Source: Candidatus Micrarchaeota archaeon
GTDB taxonomy: Archaea > Micrarchaeota > Micrarchaeia > Micrarchaeales > CABMGC01
Assembly (NCBI GenBank): GCA_021848065.1
Contig: JAJZNA010000014.1
Span: forward strand, 30,803-94,802
DNA: 64,000 nucleotides
Direction: 5' to 3'
Below, piece after piece: positions 61,694 to 64,000 of this stretch (the first letter of the stretch is position 1; each line of letters begins with the position of its first letter). The translations under genes were made by a program, and so were the position numbers. The notes under the pieces are model-generated. The model was not told the DNA's origin. It was given only the letters and a program-made list of their open reading frames with translations, and did no database searches.

Positions 61694-63598
61694 CTAACTA
61701 CCTCGCGATGATTTGGTCATGTCCGACTGATATGCATAGTCGTTTTCGTAGATGAGCGCCGAAACGTATTGCGGGCCAGAGACGTTGTACACTTCCAGGT
61801 ATAGGTCATATGTGCCGGAGCCGTTAAGCCTGAGCACATTTATGTTCAGGGAGCACGGGAACTGGCACTTCTGCGTGCCATTCATGAGGCTTGTGTTGTG
61901 CAGCCCGTAGAACTGTATGTTTCCGATGCTGTTGTACGCCCCCAAGAGCACCCACGGGCTTCCGACATATCCACGGCTGTATGTGAGTGTTGCCGCATAG
62001 TGGAGCGTGTTCCCGGATATGTATGCGGACTGCCCAGACACCGAGAATCCTGCATGTCCCATATAAGACGCGTGAGCAACGATGACCACTGCAACTCCCG
62101 CTGTGAAGATGGCGGCTATCGAACCCAGCAGCGCGTCCAGGCGCAGCCTGCTCCTCCCAACCTCTTTCCTGAACCACCCTCCATTCCATCTGCCTTCCTT
62201 GAAATGGATGACTACCACCAGCAGCGCGGCGAAGAAGAAGTAATACGCTGCCTGCGCGTGCGAAAGGAAGAGGAAGGGTATCATTCCGAATACCGGCACA
62301 AGCCTCTTCTCGTTGAAGTAAAGGAATGCCAGGGCAAGAGCAGCGCATGAAAGCATGAAAAGGTATGCAAAATCTGCAAGAGGCATGTTCAGGTGCGTGA
62401 ACAGGAAGAACCCTATCCCAGCCTCTGCGCTTGGAAGCAGGTATCCCAGGGTCTGGAACAGCGCATGGAAGTATGCGGAAGGGCCCGTAGCAATGAAATA
62501 GCCGTTGATAGCCACAAACACCGCCAACGCCCCAGCAGCATCGCGTATTCCCTTTCGCATCCCGTATGTGTTGAACGAGTACAGCAGCATCAGTATCACC
62601 GCGAACCACAGCTCCTGCTGCATGGAGAGTGCGAGCCCAAGGAACAGCCATGCACTACGCGATTCAAGCCTGGCATAAGCAACAACCATGATGGCAAGCA
62701 TCAGGTATACCTGCAGGGAGAGGAGCATTCCCGGTATCAGGAAGATCAGCGCGCCCATCAGCAGATACCTAGGCCTAAGCGGGTCCTTGTCGTCTATGCT
62801 GCTCCATATTGCAAGGAGCATGATGAATATGAATACTATGCTCTCCGCAGGCATGTACACGTGCTCGAGGCTGTAGAGGGTTGGCTGCGCCAACGCATAA
62901 AATGGCACGAACGAGAGGACAAAGAGTGCAGGGTAGTCCATGCTTGCGGCTATATTGCCAGAAGAGAGTATGGTTATGCTGGTGCTGTTGTTTATCTGCG
63001 CAGCCGAGAGCACTCCTGCGGCAGAGGCTGCATAGGGGTTGGAGCCAGCGAGGAGTGCCTTTGCCCCAAGCATTGTGATTATCTCCTCATCGTTAGCAAC
63101 ATATGACAGGGCCAGCCTGGATTCGAAGAAGCCTATTATGAGCATAAGTGCGATTGCGTATACAAGGATGCCCATCCTCCTGTATCTCCTGATCCGATAG
63201 AGGTATGTGCCAAGGGCCATGAGGAAGAAGATTATGACATACGGTATGGATGTGAGCATAGGGTAGACAAGGCTTCCGAGCAGTGCCTCAACGTTTCCGA
63301 AAGCTGCAATGCTCAATGCTATGGAAACCAATGCAAGCGCAATGTATGCTGCCGATGCCCTCCTGAACAGCGCCGAGTACCTTCCCACGCCCCCTTCCGC
63401 CCCCCTGCCAAGGCCGTAAAGGCACGCAAGCGCTATGAACAGTACGTAGCATGAAAGCTGCAGCGCCTGAACCGCACCTGGAACAAGCTGGGCAGGGTAC
63501 CTGAGGGCGCCTATGACTAGCAGGAAAAGAACCGCAGTGAACATCAGCCCGTCCATGCCTTTGCGCATCTTCAAGTATCCTCCCTGCCGTGCCACCAT
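61694..63598 (-). CDS. large polytopic membrane protein with C-terminal extracytoplasmic domain (possible GT-C-like glycosyltransferase)
   Basis: 634 aa with about 14 hydrophobic helices, then a 130-aa soluble tail carrying sequons. There is no WWDYG (AglB) motif and no GxGD peptidase motif. The functional guess rests on topology only. Confidence 0.5.
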   Translation of the reverse strand: MVARQGGYLKMRKGMDGLMFTAVLFLLVIGALRYPAQLVPGAVQALQLSCYVLFIALACLYGLGRGAEGGVGRYSALFRRASAAYIALALVSIALSIAAFGNVEALLGSLVYPMLTSIPYVIIFFLMALGTYLYRIRRYRRMGILVYAIALMLIIGFFESRLALSYVANDEEIITMLGAKALLAGSNPYAASAAGVLSAAQINNSTSITILSSGNIAASMDYPALFVLSFVPFYALAQPTLYSLEHVYMPAESIVFIFIMLLAIWSSIDDKDPLRPRYLLMGALIFLIPGMLLSLQVYLMLAIMVVAYARLESRSAWLFLGLALSMQQELWFAVILMLLYSFNTYGMRKGIRDAAGALAVFVAINGYFIATGPSAYFHALFQTLGYLLPSAEAGIGFFLFTHLNMPLADFAYLFMLSCAALALAFLYFNEKRLVPVFGMIPFLFLSHAQAAYYFFFAALLVVVIHFKEGRWNGGWFRKEVGRSRLRLDALLGSIAAIFTAGVAVVIVAHASYMGHAGFSVSGQSAYISGNTLHYAATLTYSRGYVGSPWVLLGAYNSIGNIQFYGLHNTSLMNGTQKCQFPCSLNINVLRLNGSGTYDLYLEVYNVSGPQYVSALIYENDYAYQSDMTKSSRGS

Positions 63599-63831
63599 AA
63601 GCCTCTAAAACTATAGTTTGCCGCTCAGCGTTAAAAAACGCTCAGATGCCATTGGAACCGCCCAAGCACCTGCCTACTGTAGCGCTGTGCCATGGCCTAC
63701 AGCAATACAAATACCACAAGCCCATACGCCAATGCCCCTTATACATTAAGTATTAATGCGAAATCGGGATATGCGCACATCGAAACCTATTTAAATCTCC
63801 ACAGGCATGTACATTACCAAAAGTGAACTGC

Positions 63832-64000
63832 ATGAAAACTATAGCAAACCTGATGAGGTATCTGTTCTTAGTTATGATGACTGGCGGATTTCTGACAACC
63901 TCAGTATTCGCGGCTGGCGGCGTTGGCGGAACCGTATCAAGCACGCTGAATGCGATATGTACTGACATTAAAACATTCGTAGGAATACTTGTCATAGTGC
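63832..64000 (+). CDS. 5' part of a small secreted/membrane protein gene (runs off the right edge)
   Basis: The ATG at 63832 gives MKTIANLMRYLFLVMMTGGFLTTSVFAAGGVGGTVSSTLNAICTDIKTFVGILVIV..., which reads as a signal peptide, a Gly-rich stretch and a second hydrophobic helix. tatttaaat at 63788-63796 lies upstream. Confidence 0.3.
   Translation, partial: MKTIANLMRYLFLVMMTGGFLTTSVFAAGGVGGTVSSTLNAICTDIKTFVGILVIV

Noticed and set aside
61824-63106. 275-aa (minus, other frame) and 237-aa (plus) ORFs inside the 634-aa membrane-protein gene
   Set aside because: Both are Arg/His/Cys-rich translations typical of out-of-frame reading of a hydrophobic gene. The 61694-63598 frame gives coherent TM helices.
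61694-63598. Possibility that the 634-aa membrane protein is the missing prepilin peptidase or the oligosaccharyltransferase AglB
   Set aside because: It has no paired Asp motifs of the GxGD type and is far larger than PibD/EppA-type enzymes. It has no WWDYG motif either, so only a generic GT-C-like or anchor role is proposed.

Overview
Archaeal chromosomal segment. My best guess is an acidophilic Thermoplasmata-like or DPANN/Micrarchaeota-like lineage. That is inference only, from a stand-alone 23S rRNA with no 16S/5S beside it, a class I LysRS, a type III proton P-type ATPase, AT-rich TATA-like boxes about 25-35 nt upstream of starts, and a tRNA with an apparently non-canonical intron. Most of the window is housekeeping: lysK, LemA-HtpX, PAC2, trxB, Dpo4/DinB, AMMECR1, pyrC-pyrD, archease, rpiB, YjbQ, DUF167, tag, nfo, an MBL nuclease and a Nudix-UDG fusion. 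There are six tRNAs (Lys-UUU, Thr-GGU, Leu-UAA, Ile-GAU, Cys-GCA) and one 23S rRNA (about 17383-20248) flanked by a perfect 17-bp processing stem. Three AT-rich accessory patches carry mobility scars. (1) A 4.7-kb transposon (3782-8500) has 9-bp terminal inverted repeats and a 9-bp target-site duplication, and carries a SWIM-DDE transposase plus a complete type II R-M pair. (2) A VOC/glyoxalase gene is bracketed by a 13-bp duplicate of the tRNA-Thr 3' end. (3) A vapBC plus dioxygenase-like islet is bracketed by a 13/14 duplicate of the tRNA-Cys 3' end. The standout is 45.7-63.6 kb. A plus-strand operon of five translationally coupled genes with prepilin-like (class III) N-termini includes three giants of 770-1098 aa built from repeated Laminin_G_3/ConA-like modules, one also with a PQQ beta-propeller. 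It converges on a minus-strand operon encoding a GspE/FlaI/TadA-type ATPase, two equal-sized TadB/TadC-like membrane proteins, a 203-aa unknown, a wHTH/coiled-coil protein and a large polytopic membrane protein. I read this as an Epd/Tad-like type IV filament system specialised to display giant lectin-like adhesins. No CRISPR array was seen. Many ORF-track entries are antisense or alternate-frame shadows of real genes or lie inside the rRNA.
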